From Candidatus Uhrbacteria bacterium (lineage in GTDB: Bacteria; Patescibacteriota; Patescibacteriia; GWA2-47-26): a stretch of DNA of 64,000 bases. The stretch covers positions 68,046 through 132,045 of the forward strand of contig JACPJN010000007.1 in assembly GCA_016187515.1 (NCBI GenBank), read 5' to 3'. Below the pieces are notes generated by a model, which was not told the DNA's origin, made no database searches, and saw only the letters and a program-made list of their open reading frames with translations. Each line of letters begins with the position of its first letter. Positions within the stretch are counted from its first letter, which is position 1. The position numbers were made by a program, and so were the translations under genes. Below are positions 19,801 through 28,151 of the stretch, in pieces.

Positions 19801-22800
19801 CGACGAACAGCCATCGCCGTTTTCCAGGTTGCCATCATCACAATCTTCTCCGCGGTCAAGACAGCGGCCGCCTTGGCAGCTCTCTCCTGGCCCGCACTCG
19901 GAAGCATTGCGGCACGCCCGTCCGTCTCCGCAGCGCAGAGAAAAGTTTGATCCCTCATTAAGACAAACTGCGGAACAGCCGTCTCCGGAAGTCGTGTTGC
20001 CATCATCACACTCTTCTCCCGTCTCCACGCTGCCATTGCCGCAAGGCACGGCCCAGAGTAACGCGTTTTGAACATTGGTCACGCTTTGGGGATGCAAAGT
20101 GTTTGAGGAGGTAAACATGGCCACATTAAACCGCGCGGCAATCTTGGCGTTGGTACAGGCCTCTCCGCAAGCCGGCCACCATTGTATTACTTGCGGGTCC
20201 ATAAATGAAATCTTGAGCTTCCCAAAACCGGTGGTCCGTGGGGGCTGCGGCGGAGTATGCGCGCGGACTCTGATCTCTTCGCCTTGGGTGTCTTCCAAGG
20301 CAATTACGGTTACGGTCCAGGGCATGTGCTTACAATACCCTCCAACACAGGCCTCGGTCACGCAAGTATTGGGCTGACCGCCGCAGTCGGCATCTACCTG
20401 GCACGGCGCGTCGTAATTGTTGGAACAATGGCTGTACCCGATCGCGCACTCCGCGTCTTCACTACAGGCCTTGCCGATCGCCGGGGAAATTCCGCTGGAA
20501 TTATAAGTAACCGCCGCGCGCTCCGGATTCTCCGTATCATAGACATCCCAGGCCCACGAATAGTCGTCCGACGACGGCACTACGCAAGGATCGTCAAGCG
20601 CCACGGGAATTGCTAAATAATCAATCGGCTCATTTTCCGTAGTGGCCTCATAAGGGCTGGGCACCACCGCGATCCCGCCGACTTGACAAAGATTATTGTC
20701 CGGATTGGACTCGTTTTTGGTTTGAAACGCAAAACAGTACGCGGCGCGCGCGTCTCCGCAGCGGGATAAGCCGTCTGGAAGCGGGATCATGGGCTGGCCT
20801 TGAAGAGCGCCGCGATCTTGCGCGGTAATTCCTCCGGTCCCGCCCAAAAGTACCACGCGATACCAGGAACCGGCTGAAAAATTATCCGACAGCCAGAAAC
20901 TAAATCCTAATCCGCCGGAATACGGCCCAAATTTACGGCCGAGCGCCTGATCTTCAACTTGGCTGCAGGCCTCCCCTTCAATCTGGACATCATCAACATA
21001 AACCGCGAAGTCCTCTCCGGAACTCGCCTCCTCGCCAACCTCATAAGGATCGCCTTCCAAAAATACGCGCACATAGCCGGGAGCATTGCCATTAGGACTG
21101 GCATCAAAGGTCATGGTTACCGACACCGGCTGCCACTCATTGGTGAGCGTAATTTCGGACCGAACTTTTTGCCAAAAACCACGGGTGGCCAGACAGGTCC
21201 TTTGTCCGGCATTGGTTTGGCTCGCGCACCCGGTGTCCGCAGTACAAGCCACTCCGCCGGATATTCCGCCGCAACGCATTCCGTCAGCGCCGCCCGCGCG
21301 TTGAATTAAAATTCCGGCGCGCTTCCCCGCCCCCGCGGCATCAACCGCTTTCATCCACGCGGTTGCCGTATATATTTTCCCGCTGGTATCGGCAATGGCA
21401 TTGGCTTGGTACCCAAACCAATGCTCATAATTTTGTTGCAGTCCGCGAGTATCTCTCCATCCTGGGCCGGTGTCGTTGTCCAGCTTGGTAAGGGCGAGCG
21501 CAAAATTGCCCGGATCCGCACTAGAAGCGCCGCGCCCAGCGCCTAGCACGGTTTCCACCCCCAACAAATCCTCGTGGCGAAGGTTTGTCGGCGGATCCAG
21601 CGTGGGCTCTGGCGGGCGGCCCCACACGGCAGTATCCGCGGTGAAATTCGGACTTCCAAAAGTGGTGTCCGCGCCATTCAACAGTTCGGTCGGCGCCGTG
21701 CACTTTTGGAGCTTAATCGTCTGCGAATTTAAGGTCGCCGGATCAACCCGGGCGTCCGGATTAAAACTCACTGCCACGGCCGCGTTAACGCATACTCCGG
21801 TATTTGATCCTCTTCCGGATTCGACAGCCGGCGACGGCGAAGGCGGATATTGCGGAAAACCTTCCGCGTCGGCTGCTTTATCGCATCCTTCAAACACCGT
21901 CGGGGTAAGCGGGGCCTGGGAGGTGGTAAACTGCCAAGCAAACGCGGACTCCCCGGGCTGCGCGCCAGCGCAGTCCGCCCTACAAGTTCCGTCTCCACAG
22001 CAAGTCAGACCTCCGAGCGCGGCGCAATCCAAGCGCGCTTCATCAGGGGCCGGCAACCGGCAATCACCAACCAAAAACGTCCGCAAATTCGAAGCGCGCG
22101 TGATCTGGCCTCCTCCAGCTTGCGGAAAATCATTTTGTATAATTACCTCTCCGGCTGGAGTCCCAGCCACGGTGTTTCCGGGCACTTGCGCGCATACTTC
22201 TTGCGCGTCCCAGCCACCGCGCGGACAAGCATCCAAACGGATACCTCCGACATTGGTGAGCGTGGCCGGTAAAGTCGGCGCCCAGGACTGATCCGCGGAA
22301 CTCCTGCGCGCCGTAAATAGCGCCCCGCGGCCGGAAGCCGGCGCGGATCCAAACCGATCTCCAAAAATGCTGACATTGGTAAACGTTGGGCCGGAGGCCG
22401 GCTCAATACAAGCTAAAAATGGCGCGGCTGACTCTTGATCTAAAACATCAAAATCCTTGGGACTGGACTGCTGACGATCATAACGCTGCACATAAAGGTA
22501 GGCGCCATCATCAAAAAGAAGATCGGAGGCGCTGCCATCTTCATCCGCGTCGTGGATATCCAAAATGCGCGGCACTTTAACCGTGATCTGTATTGGACTC
22601 CACCAACTGCTCCCGCATTGCGAAGGAAAGTCCACGTTTCCCTGCACTCCTCGCCCATCGGAAGTAACAAACCAAACCATTCCGGGGGTATCGCCGAAAT
22701 TCCGTCCGGAAATGGTGCACCCGGCCCCTGGCCCGCCGCGCGCCGGATTATCTTCCGGCGCGCCCGCGCAAACTACCGTCGTAATAATTGGCAAAGTGCC

Positions 22801-24813
22801 GGCATCCGGAGAAAGCACGGTAAAGGGAAGGGCGTTGGAGGGAACTTTTTCGGTGTTTTCAACTTGCACCTGGGTTGGGCCAAATGCCAGCGCCGGCACG
22901 CGGCTTAAAATGGCAGTCGCGGACCAGGCGTCCACGGCGCCCGGCTGTCCGCCAAACCGCGCTTGCGCCCGCAGAATCTGCTTGCCCAGGCGGCGGGTCT
23001 GCTCGCCAAACTGCACACCGGTAATATTCACTGGCGCATTCCAAAGCCCGGCGATTGGATTCACGCTGCAAATCCCGGGGTGCTCCACCTCGTTTACTTC
23101 AAATAAACCGGTCGGAGTTGACGATCCGCGCGGCGGGGGATGAACCGGAACGATCGGGCCCCGCGAGTCATTGCTGGTGTCGCGGCACAGATTATCATTG
23201 TCCGCACACCCATCAGCGACCACCGTAACCGGCCCGACCTGCGCGCCCTCCGGAAGACCGACTAAAATATAATTATCAGACCAGGTCGTGTTACCCGCGC
23301 AGGCCTCCGGAGCTTGAGCGCGGACTCCGTTATGGAAAAATGCCGCGCCCGGGGTCTGGCCAAAATTTAATCCGGCGACCGTCACGAGTGTCCCGGCTTT
23401 ACCGTCTCCCGGAGAAATGCCGGTAATCGTCAAGGGCGTAGTGCACTCTTTATCTCCATCACCATCTAGATCCGTGCAAACCCCGCCGGAACATTGGATA
23501 TTATCCGTACAACTGCTGCCGTCGCACAATCCGCAGCCGGAGGGGCCGTCTGCCGCGCTATCGCAATTCGGCCCATCTTCATCATCATCTTGAAGCGGGA
23601 ACCCTAACTGGTCGCGATTAAAGCAGTGACTGGGACGGACGATCACCCGCACCGGAGCAGACCATACCGCGTTATCATCAATATCAAAAGCGCGCGCGCG
23701 CAACTGATGCTGGGCCGGAGCCGGCGGATTCGCCGGAAAACATGGTAAGGTTAAAATAATTTCCAGCGGATAAGTGCCTTCCGGCGGAGTAAGCAGGCCG
23801 TCTAGAAGTGCCGTCCCATCCGCATAGATTTCCACGTGCTCCACTCCCCCATCATCTTTGACTCTGACCTGAACCGGCACGCAAGTGTCCACTTCCACTG
23901 CCGCGCCGTCATCCGGCGACTCAATAGTTACTTCCGGCGGCGCCACATCAATAATACTTCCCGAACGAAACTCTACCCGACAAGTTGGCGCAAATCCGCC
24001 GCAAAGCAAATCCCGGCCATCAAAGCGTTTGACGCCGTCCGCCCCGTCTCGGATCTGCACCACAAATTCAGTATCCGCGTCAAAACAGCGCCGATCTTGA
24101 TTCGGTTCCGGACACGCCGCGGATGGGCGCAATTCTACGATATTGCCAACCACGGCCGCCGGCTCCAAGGCAACCGCTGCGCCGCTGTCTTTGCGCGTAA
24201 GGTTCAGATTTCCGGCCAGGGTCTCCGGGTCGGGCGCGCCGCTAAAAAATACCCGTACCACAATGTTGCGAATCGGCACCGCTCCGGAAGGGGCAATGCG
24301 CCGCACGATAAACGCGTCGGACGGTAAAAACGGGCAATCCGGTCCGGGACAGCGAACATCCGCGGGAATCGTGAGCGGCCCTCCGGCCGCTAACTGTAAA
24401 CGATTCAATACGAATTGGACAATTCCAAACGCCGAAAGAATAATCGCGAGTCCAATCACGGAATTAACCAGCACTTTTTTGGCCTTGTCAATTTGCTCTT
24501 CATTGCCGGCCGAAGTCAGCCATAAAAAACCGCCGTAAAGAATCAAGGCCACGGCCACCAGACCGAGAAAACCCAGCGCCACGCGAATGATGCGCGCCAC
24601 AATCACTCGCGGATCAGCCGTGGGCAAAATCAGTCCGGCTTGCCCGGGAACCGCCGCGATCTCTGCGCCGGTTTGAATCTGGGAAGGCAGCGGCACGCCT
24701 TGAGCCAGCGCCGTCGGAATGGAGAATGCAGAATGAAGAATGAAGAATAAGAAAATCACTACAAACCAGCGAAATATCCATCGGCAATGTTCAATCCGGC
24801 ATTCTAAATTCAT
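13822..24813 (-). CDS. Giant (3663 aa) secreted or surface protein: N-terminal T4SS-pilin-like (VirB2/TrbC-like, two TM helices) domain, Ig-like domains, about 20 Myxococcus-type cysteine-rich repeats, and an internal type IV pilin/GspG-like globular segment
   Basis: Uninterrupted 10,992-nt ORF. N-terminus is signal peptide, then LGFLGLVAVALILYGGFLWLTSAGNEEQIDKAKKVL, then IGLAIILSAFGIV. Contains CGNGxxExGEECDDGNxxxGDGCS repeats and SIQSALEDYRNTHGRYP. Confidence 0.9.
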   Translation of the reverse strand: MNLECRIEHCRWIFRWFVVIFLFFILHSAFSIPTALAQGVPLPSQIQTGAEIAAVPGQAGLILPTADPRVIVARIIRVALGFLGLVAVALILYGGFLWLTSAGNEEQIDKAKKVLVNSVIGLAIILSAFGIVQFVLNRLQLAAGGPLTIPADVRCPGPDCPFLPSDAFIVRRIAPSGAVPIRNIVVRVFFSGAPDPETLAGNLNLTRKDSGAAVALEPAAVVGNIVELRPSAACPEPNQDRRCFDADTEFVVQIRDGADGVKRFDGRDLLCGGFAPTCRVEFRSGSIIDVAPPEVTIESPDDGAAVEVDTCVPVQVRVKDDGGVEHVEIYADGTALLDGLLTPPEGTYPLEIILTLPCFPANPPAPAQHQLRARAFDIDDNAVWSAPVRVIVRPSHCFNRDQLGFPLQDDDEDGPNCDSAADGPSGCGLCDGSSCTDNIQCSGGVCTDLDGDGDKECTTPLTITGISPGDGKAGTLVTVAGLNFGQTPGAAFFHNGVRAQAPEACAGNTTWSDNYILVGLPEGAQVGPVTVVADGCADNDNLCRDTSNDSRGPIVPVHPPPRGSSTPTGLFEVNEVEHPGICSVNPIAGLWNAPVNITGVQFGEQTRRLGKQILRAQARFGGQPGAVDAWSATAILSRVPALAFGPTQVQVENTEKVPSNALPFTVLSPDAGTLPIITTVVCAGAPEDNPARGGPGAGCTISGRNFGDTPGMVWFVTSDGRGVQGNVDFPSQCGSSWWSPIQITVKVPRILDIHDADEDGSASDLLFDDGAYLYVQRYDRQQSSPKDFDVLDQESAAPFLACIEPASGPTFTNVSIFGDRFGSAPASGRGALFTARRSSADQSWAPTLPATLTNVGGIRLDACPRGGWDAQEVCAQVPGNTVAGTPAGEVIIQNDFPQAGGGQITRASNLRTFLVGDCRLPAPDEARLDCAALGGLTCCGDGTCRADCAGAQPGESAFAWQFTTSQAPLTPTVFEGCDKAADAEGFPQYPPSPSPAVESGRGSNTGVCVNAAVAVSFNPDARVDPATLNSQTIKLQKCTAPTELLNGADTTFGSPNFTADTAVWGRPPEPTLDPPTNLRHEDLLGVETVLGAGRGASSADPGNFALALTKLDNDTGPGWRDTRGLQQNYEHWFGYQANAIADTSGKIYTATAWMKAVDAAGAGKRAGILIQRAGGADGMRCGGISGGVACTADTGCASQTNAGQRTCLATRGFWQKVRSEITLTNEWQPVSVTMTFDASPNGNAPGYVRVFLEGDPYEVGEEASSGEDFAVYVDDVQIEGEACSQVEDQALGRKFGPYSGGLGFSFWLSDNFSAGSWYRVVLLGGTGGITAQDRGALQGQPMIPLPDGLSRCGDARAAYCFAFQTKNESNPDNNLCQVGGIAVVPSPYEATTENEPIDYLAIPVALDDPCVVPSSDDYSWAWDVYDTENPERAAVTYNSSGISPAIGKACSEDAECAIGYSHCSNNYDAPCQVDADCGGQPNTCVTEACVGGYCKHMPWTVTVIALEDTQGEEIRVRAHTPPQPPRTTGFGKLKISFMDPQVIQWWPACGEACTNAKIAARFNVAMFTSSNTLHPQSVTNVQNALLWAVPCGNGSVETGEECDDGNTTSGDGCSAVCLNEGSNFSLRCGDGRACRNASECGPGESCQGGRCLDRGEDCDDGNLENGDGCSSQCLNEGTGPALCGNGKINPGEECDNDRNRQAGDGCSAQCLREGTSSNFAVCGNSRLEAGEECEVNFDHEFASWCDPQDCLRRGNPVSPLLCGNGQIDPGEECDPNSPLLNTPAKRNLCTSICQWTGTRRPSSAGGQGCGNGRIELGEDCDDGNLRPGDGCSEVCVNEGSIAAGSVPACGDGILASEAEDCDDGNTNAGDGCSPNCLNEGTRFAQCGNGLREYAEDCDDGNRLSGDGCLPQCLNEGSEPALCGNGVLDNGEDIGCDGGERDPLCTVRCLKPGRLAERVLSPALSWKSAENTLEIGLTDNPATSAREDLLLPNTFYRVLLKGGSAGLHSSRRDSSVPGKPLAGLNFSYNWAGRDAITGAMLAPGPGKCAGAQCNTFSWTFKTGASSCQVDRVELSPPQAALYLIGARASFSAEPRSAPDACDPQGQRLNSLSYDWGWKIDDPELEEDDRVAGVVGNTMIAGVVRTGVDRLPSCGNGVREYAEDCDDGNLIDGDGCLAQCLNEGSSAGILGRFACGNGIIDPGEECDPPGLPGCTASCLHAGALARCVAPEQTNCCGSGGDPEPGNGEDCDDGNVLPGDGCSTQCRNEGTSRATTCGNGQIDRGEECDPEDQQRYRDLLGAPLLSEFCDPATCLLKGTLPVSTCGNGLVEAGEECDQLNNRANGDGCSSRCLNEGTPSPFCGNGRIDRFEDCDDGNTAAGDGCSARCLNEGTVAESPRRIDPIQQARALGIRKFCRKETGEFKEPRAPCSSNGNCTDENFPVCAPPNPWSTVAVEAAVEGQAGAPGSASITVFCVARSEADCPTPGQGPSEAVGRGSDNCCYLRPKIVERVPGINTPDACPNGLLEVTFDQPMDSANLDQAIGIAKRVENTATCPDGLTLQGRARNSVWCADPSLSLKASVESAAQGSRLVLQPSRILDNATDYQITIAGDPNLNDLIASGVRSIFGVAFRGPAAEGGTDSSWNFTTGSEICTVENVRVNVTGADEAVSIFEGEGGAGFSRPGQQAQVRAEALSSSGQALQRTTGYSWAWSWRSAENTVASVTNEPDPINAADPINADPDQTVTAGNRNGETDVNATATITDASALPQPEDHQDAVREGSAEFITTLCENPWPSRIEHPLPRFEDREGALLGGGDPMNFRTWYCRDSGEEGLAGDLPALIYPGAIRPPAAGADEGAPVTLDTFRIATSHTGPAPLKEYLLVESAEKQQAIGIRVFPNPRRLPVRTWYEQMGFTGTPAPINPGVDGYEAIRDRNTVYVAGTNAVTDRYVPTLKVVYSNIYVLSLSENAPSAMQQVFDQFVSNFQLNVNVENSNRDKLRRDLLRLNHISSIQSALEDYRNTHGRYPPLQAGTFIRSMSTSKWPSWQATLGATLGASLPQDPLNSFAPGCAAIPGERGQFDPATCWNEQTQTYRCPAGSHVYQYRAIGAVDYELGVDFELLYRPPAPGQSRWEVFNFDPAGTNLLTPSNCSWVSAPGAPAGGLWSNATATCGNGILERGECLPDGTCANYPGVSCGVNNCQEFCEVGQEEVQQARWFGYCGDPGAPFEGGFRQRCNPETGVISTAPRFPDSGSTCTLHARGSSCVPLRSCSLNPSKECVNDENCADNEGVCILSSQCQAVRACTNRCEWNDAPQVTDWQIWGGSQNPTSNLDICQGGVICGNGIREGSEVCDDGLLNGQYGKCNTVCARTCIGGPNQGNICTEDNNCFPWGQCSATALSAYCGDGTRNGPEVCDSTNSSGAACVNGDYGCCRFDCSGPGARCGDNEIQEEWNEQCEAGDTRQSPQVCMWVWGASDFGKPCRQDSDCDTSFGSCKFTGPIQWDGTHVYDSQQFTEPEGYPYLWRQACRSGGPCRWGGLTTVAQGQCGNGAREGNEQCDDGTTNDGQNDAAENADGCINDCKHAKCGDGFNQGLVCVGTGDRNRDGVTCRRDQDCGRGRCTDPEECDEGTSNGTRCTPGYGLVGCTYCDNQCNISTLSGGVLVEEGAALD

Positions 24814-24832
24814 AATTCTTCATTCTCAATTC

Positions 24833-26896
24833 TCAAAATCCGCACGGCCCAGCTTGCGCCACGCCATTGCAACAATAAGGAGTGGCTGCCGTGAGATCTC
24901 CTTGACACTCGCCTGACGGGAAATAACAATTCTGGAAAAGATCTTTAACGTCCGAGTCAATCCGACTGGTATAATCGGTTTCTTCCCAAAGTCCGCCGTT
25001 TAAAATATCCGCCCGGGTTTGTCCATACGGGAAATCATCCAAATCCTCGGCCAGATTTTGACTGCCCACAGTCCACCAAGTGTCCCAGAACCCGCCGGTT
25101 AGCTTATCAGTGCCGGCCAAGTTCAGATTTCTGGAATTAAGCGTCGCGGCCGCCATGGCTCGGTTAAAGGTAATGCCCAAGGTCGTCTGTAAAGGCACTC
25201 CCGGCGTAACTGCACCGGCGGTCACCGTGGGAGTCGTGAGCGTTACCTCGGGCGCCCCGAGCAAAATCTCGTGGGAAGTATAAAATGACCAACGCACGTT
25301 ATCACCTCTGGCCGGATTTTCCGCGTTACGGCTAAAGAAAGTCGTCTCTGCTAAATCACCCGGGCCTTGCGCGGCGCCATTGCCATTGCCATCCAGCGAA
25401 TTGCCCGCGACATCTTCTATGCCGTCCAAGCCACCGGACGAGGTCGGACCGCCTTGGGAAGACAGCGTGGCGGCCAGGACCTCCCCGCGAATCTGACGGC
25501 CGCCCGGCAAGCAAAACACGTCTCCGCCGCAAGAATTAACCGCGCACCGATCTTGACTGATAAATTCCGCGGTCTGGTATTGATTGGCCAGCTCAAACCG
25601 ACCGGCCACAAAACGATACTGATTATCCGGGGCTGGCTCGGAGACCCGCATGATCTGATAGGTTCCCTTCTTAATCTCCCCTTGGTCAGTAACCGCGGTT
25701 ACTCCCGAGGCCACGGTCGGCAGAATCGGTTCGCTGAAATTAATCTGGACAATGGAGTTGCGCGGAACATCTTTTCGGCAGGGCGGACTGGCGCACGCGC
25801 TTTCATCTCCGGCATTATCCGGCAGCGGAATTACGCTGGTGATGCGCGGCGGAGTCAAATCTAAAAAGGTGCCGACTTCAAACGACCACTGATAATCCGG
25901 AAAGCGCCCGGCAAACGCGGGTAGGCCGTTTAAGAGTTTAATCCCCTCCCGCCGACAATTACCTCCGCGGGAAGCGGTGCCGCATAAATAGACCGTGTAG
26001 GGGGTGTCTTCTTCCGCGCTGCCAAAATAAGCCCGCTGCGCGTGGTTATCGCGAGATACCGGCGTGAGCACCAAAGTGCGCAAATCGGTAAAACTTACCA
26101 GCACGTCCGCGTCTCCGGCCGCGCTTCCCAAATACCGATCCTTATCGCTTTCGCGCACCGAACCCTCAATATCGGCGGTGCGGATAATTTGAATCGCGTC
26201 CGGACGCAGCGTCAGTCCCGGAACTGACTTACGTGTATCAATTACGCCATCTTGATCCGCGTCCACCGCGTCAAAATACTGCGGGTTACCTTGCGCGTCT
26301 TTTGCGAGAGTATCCGCAAAACTCGCCGGATCAACCGCGTCTTTAAAAGTAATCAAAATTCGCACGTTGCGCGGAACTCCGCGTTGTCCGCGAGTGGGAT
26401 AATGGCTCTCCACCATGCCGGAACCGAGCGCTCCTCCGCCAACTCTTGCGGCGGCAGCGGAGGGCGGCGGCAAGGGCGGCGCCTCCAATCCGGAGGTCAG
26501 CGCGCGCAGCACAAACAAAACAATGCCATAAGCCGAAAGAATAATCGCGAGCCCAATGGTCGCGTCAATCAACACCTTTTTGGCTTTTTCAATCTGCTCT
26601 TCATTGCCGGCCGAGGTCATCCAAAGATACCCGCCCCAAAGAATTAAGATGAGCGCCACGACCCCTAAAAACCCTAATGCCACTTGAATGATCTTAGCCA
26701 CAATCACCCGCGGGTCACTCACGGGCAAGATCAGTCCGGCCTGCCCGGGGACTGCCGCGATCTCCTCCCCGGTGCGGATCTCGAGGGTAGGCGGAATTTG
26801 CGCCGCGACAAAAACCGGCCATACCAAAAGTACGCCTAGGGCTATGGTAATGATTATCGCCTGAAATCGACGCATGTAATCCCAGATTATGCTCAA
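24833..26896 (-). CDS. 687-aa secreted protein with the same N-terminal T4SS-pilin-like domain plus Ig-like domains; paralogous to the N-terminus of the giant protein
   Basis: TGEEIAAVPGQAGLILPVSDPRVIVAKIIQVALGFLGVVALILILWGGYLWMTSAGNEEQIEKAKKVLIDATIGLAIILSAYGIV. Sits 20 nt upstream of the giant gene on the same strand. Confidence 0.85.
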   Translation of the reverse strand: MSIIWDYMRRFQAIIITIALGVLLVWPVFVAAQIPPTLEIRTGEEIAAVPGQAGLILPVSDPRVIVAKIIQVALGFLGVVALILILWGGYLWMTSAGNEEQIEKAKKVLIDATIGLAIILSAYGIVLFVLRALTSGLEAPPLPPPSAAAARVGGGALGSGMVESHYPTRGQRGVPRNVRILITFKDAVDPASFADTLAKDAQGNPQYFDAVDADQDGVIDTRKSVPGLTLRPDAIQIIRTADIEGSVRESDKDRYLGSAAGDADVLVSFTDLRTLVLTPVSRDNHAQRAYFGSAEEDTPYTVYLCGTASRGGNCRREGIKLLNGLPAFAGRFPDYQWSFEVGTFLDLTPPRITSVIPLPDNAGDESACASPPCRKDVPRNSIVQINFSEPILPTVASGVTAVTDQGEIKKGTYQIMRVSEPAPDNQYRFVAGRFELANQYQTAEFISQDRCAVNSCGGDVFCLPGGRQIRGEVLAATLSSQGGPTSSGGLDGIEDVAGNSLDGNGNGAAQGPGDLAETTFFSRNAENPARGDNVRWSFYTSHEILLGAPEVTLTTPTVTAGAVTPGVPLQTTLGITFNRAMAAATLNSRNLNLAGTDKLTGGFWDTWWTVGSQNLAEDLDDFPYGQTRADILNGGLWEETDYTSRIDSDVKDLFQNCYFPSGECQGDLTAATPYCCNGVAQAGPCGF

Positions 26897-27033
26897 ATTT
26901 CCTAATGATTAGTATAGCATAAAATAAAAAACCCCGCACCAGCCGTCTACGCAGGGCGCGGGCTCCGAGGAGTAGGGACAAAGTGCTGGTTTCATCCGGC
27001 CTAGGTCCCACAAACCCCGAGAAACAGACGGAA

Positions 27034-27342
27034 CTATCCACCTGCAAATACTCTGAAGCCATGTGACATGAGTTCTGTCTCTGCTGGAGTGGCTGTGCAC
27101 AGACCGTACAAGAAGGCGGTGAGCACTACCGTGATAAACGCACTGCTAGAGAGATTGGGATACCTCTCTACGAAGGCAATCACTACCCAGACCAGCAATC
27201 CAGTACCGGGGAACATAAGGAGCAAACCTAGACCTTCATCGAGATTCGCCATGGAGACCTCCTCGATTATCAGTGTACAAAAGAAGATGATAAATGTCAA
27301 CGCATACTTTCTGCCGTTCCACCTCACCCATCCATACGACAC
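27034..27342 (-). CDS. Small hydrophobic membrane protein, hypothetical
   Basis: 102-aa ORF with 3 predicted TM segments. Confidence 0.4.
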   Translation of the reverse strand: MSYGWVRWNGRKYALTFIIFFCTLIIEEVSMANLDEGLGLLLMFPGTGLLVWVVIAFVERYPNLSSSAFITVVLTAFLYGLCTATPAETELMSHGFRVFAGG

Positions 27343-27353
27343 AAAAACAACCT

Positions 27354-27387
27354 AACAAAATAAGGTCCGGCCGGACCTTATTTTGTT
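27354..27387. repeat. Perfect 34-bp palindrome aacaaaataaggtccgg|ccggaccttattttgtt (bidirectional terminator-like), copy 1
   Basis: Identical copy at 28094-28127. Confidence 0.85.
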
Positions 27388-27480
27388 ATACACAGTTTTG
27401 ACTTATTTTAGACAATTTTATACTTTAGACTATCGACTCCTTTCAATCACGGCGTCCTCCACTCCCTAATCACACTCCTT

Positions 27481-27497
27481 TGTGATATAATTCCTAC
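27481..27497 (+). promoter_or_regulatory. Extended -10 promoter (TGaTATAAT); ATG about 3 nt after the predicted TSS, so leaderless
   Basis: tgtgatataat ttcctacact ATG. Confidence 0.45.
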
Positions 27498-27500
27498 ACT

Positions 27501-28103
27501 ATGTCCGGCGCACCTCCTACACAATCCGCACAATCAAAAGAGCGGCTCGCTGATGTGCGGGATTATCTTCATGGTCTTGCGGAATGGGCGGAGTGGGCAA
27601 GCTCGGGTAAGGCCTGGATGAGCATCGCAGAGTATCAGGATTGGAAACGCCGCGAGATCATGAGAGAGAAAAAAGAAATGCTCTATGAACTAAAGCGTCG
27701 TAAATGGATTGAAACTAAAACCATCGGTAAGCGACTGGTGGGACGGCTCACCGAAGCCGGATGGCAGATGGCGCTGCGAAATCGGATACGGAACGAGGAC
27801 AAAAAATGTACCAGCGGTAACTGTTTTATAATTTTTGATATTCCCGAATCACAACGGTATATACGAAAACTGTTAAGACAGTTCATCAAAGAATGCGGCT
27901 TCAAGCGATTACAACATAGTGTATGGATTACTGACAAAGATGTGGCAAAACCTCTCCTACTCCTTCTTCAACGCCGCAAACTCAATCGCTGGGTCCAGAT
28001 AATCCAGGGTCACGTACTTACCTCTTCCACAATCGACACTATCCGAGCTATAAGGACCACTGCAAATACGAATACTTCTCATTTATATCATCCAACAAAA
28101 TAA
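27501..28103 (+). CDS. PaaX-like protein: N-terminal winged-helix plus C-terminal Cas2-fold domain
   Basis: CFIIFDIPESQRYIRKLLRQFIKECGFKRLQHSVWIT matches the Cas2/PaaX_C beta1-alpha1-beta2 pattern. The stop codon lies inside the downstream palindrome. Confidence 0.55.
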   Translation: MSGAPPTQSAQSKERLADVRDYLHGLAEWAEWASSGKAWMSIAEYQDWKRREIMREKKEMLYELKRRKWIETKTIGKRLVGRLTEAGWQMALRNRIRNEDKKCTSGNCFIIFDIPESQRYIRKLLRQFIKECGFKRLQHSVWITDKDVAKPLLLLLQRRKLNRWVQIIQGHVLTSSTIDTIRAIRTTANTNTSHLYHPTK

Positions 28104-28127
28104 GGTCCGGCCGGACCTTATTTTGTT
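28094..28127. repeat. Perfect 34-bp palindrome, copy 2 (identical to 27354-27387)
   Basis: Exact match to copy 1. Confidence 0.85.
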
Positions 28128-28151
28128 GCTAACCTTACATACTAGAATACT

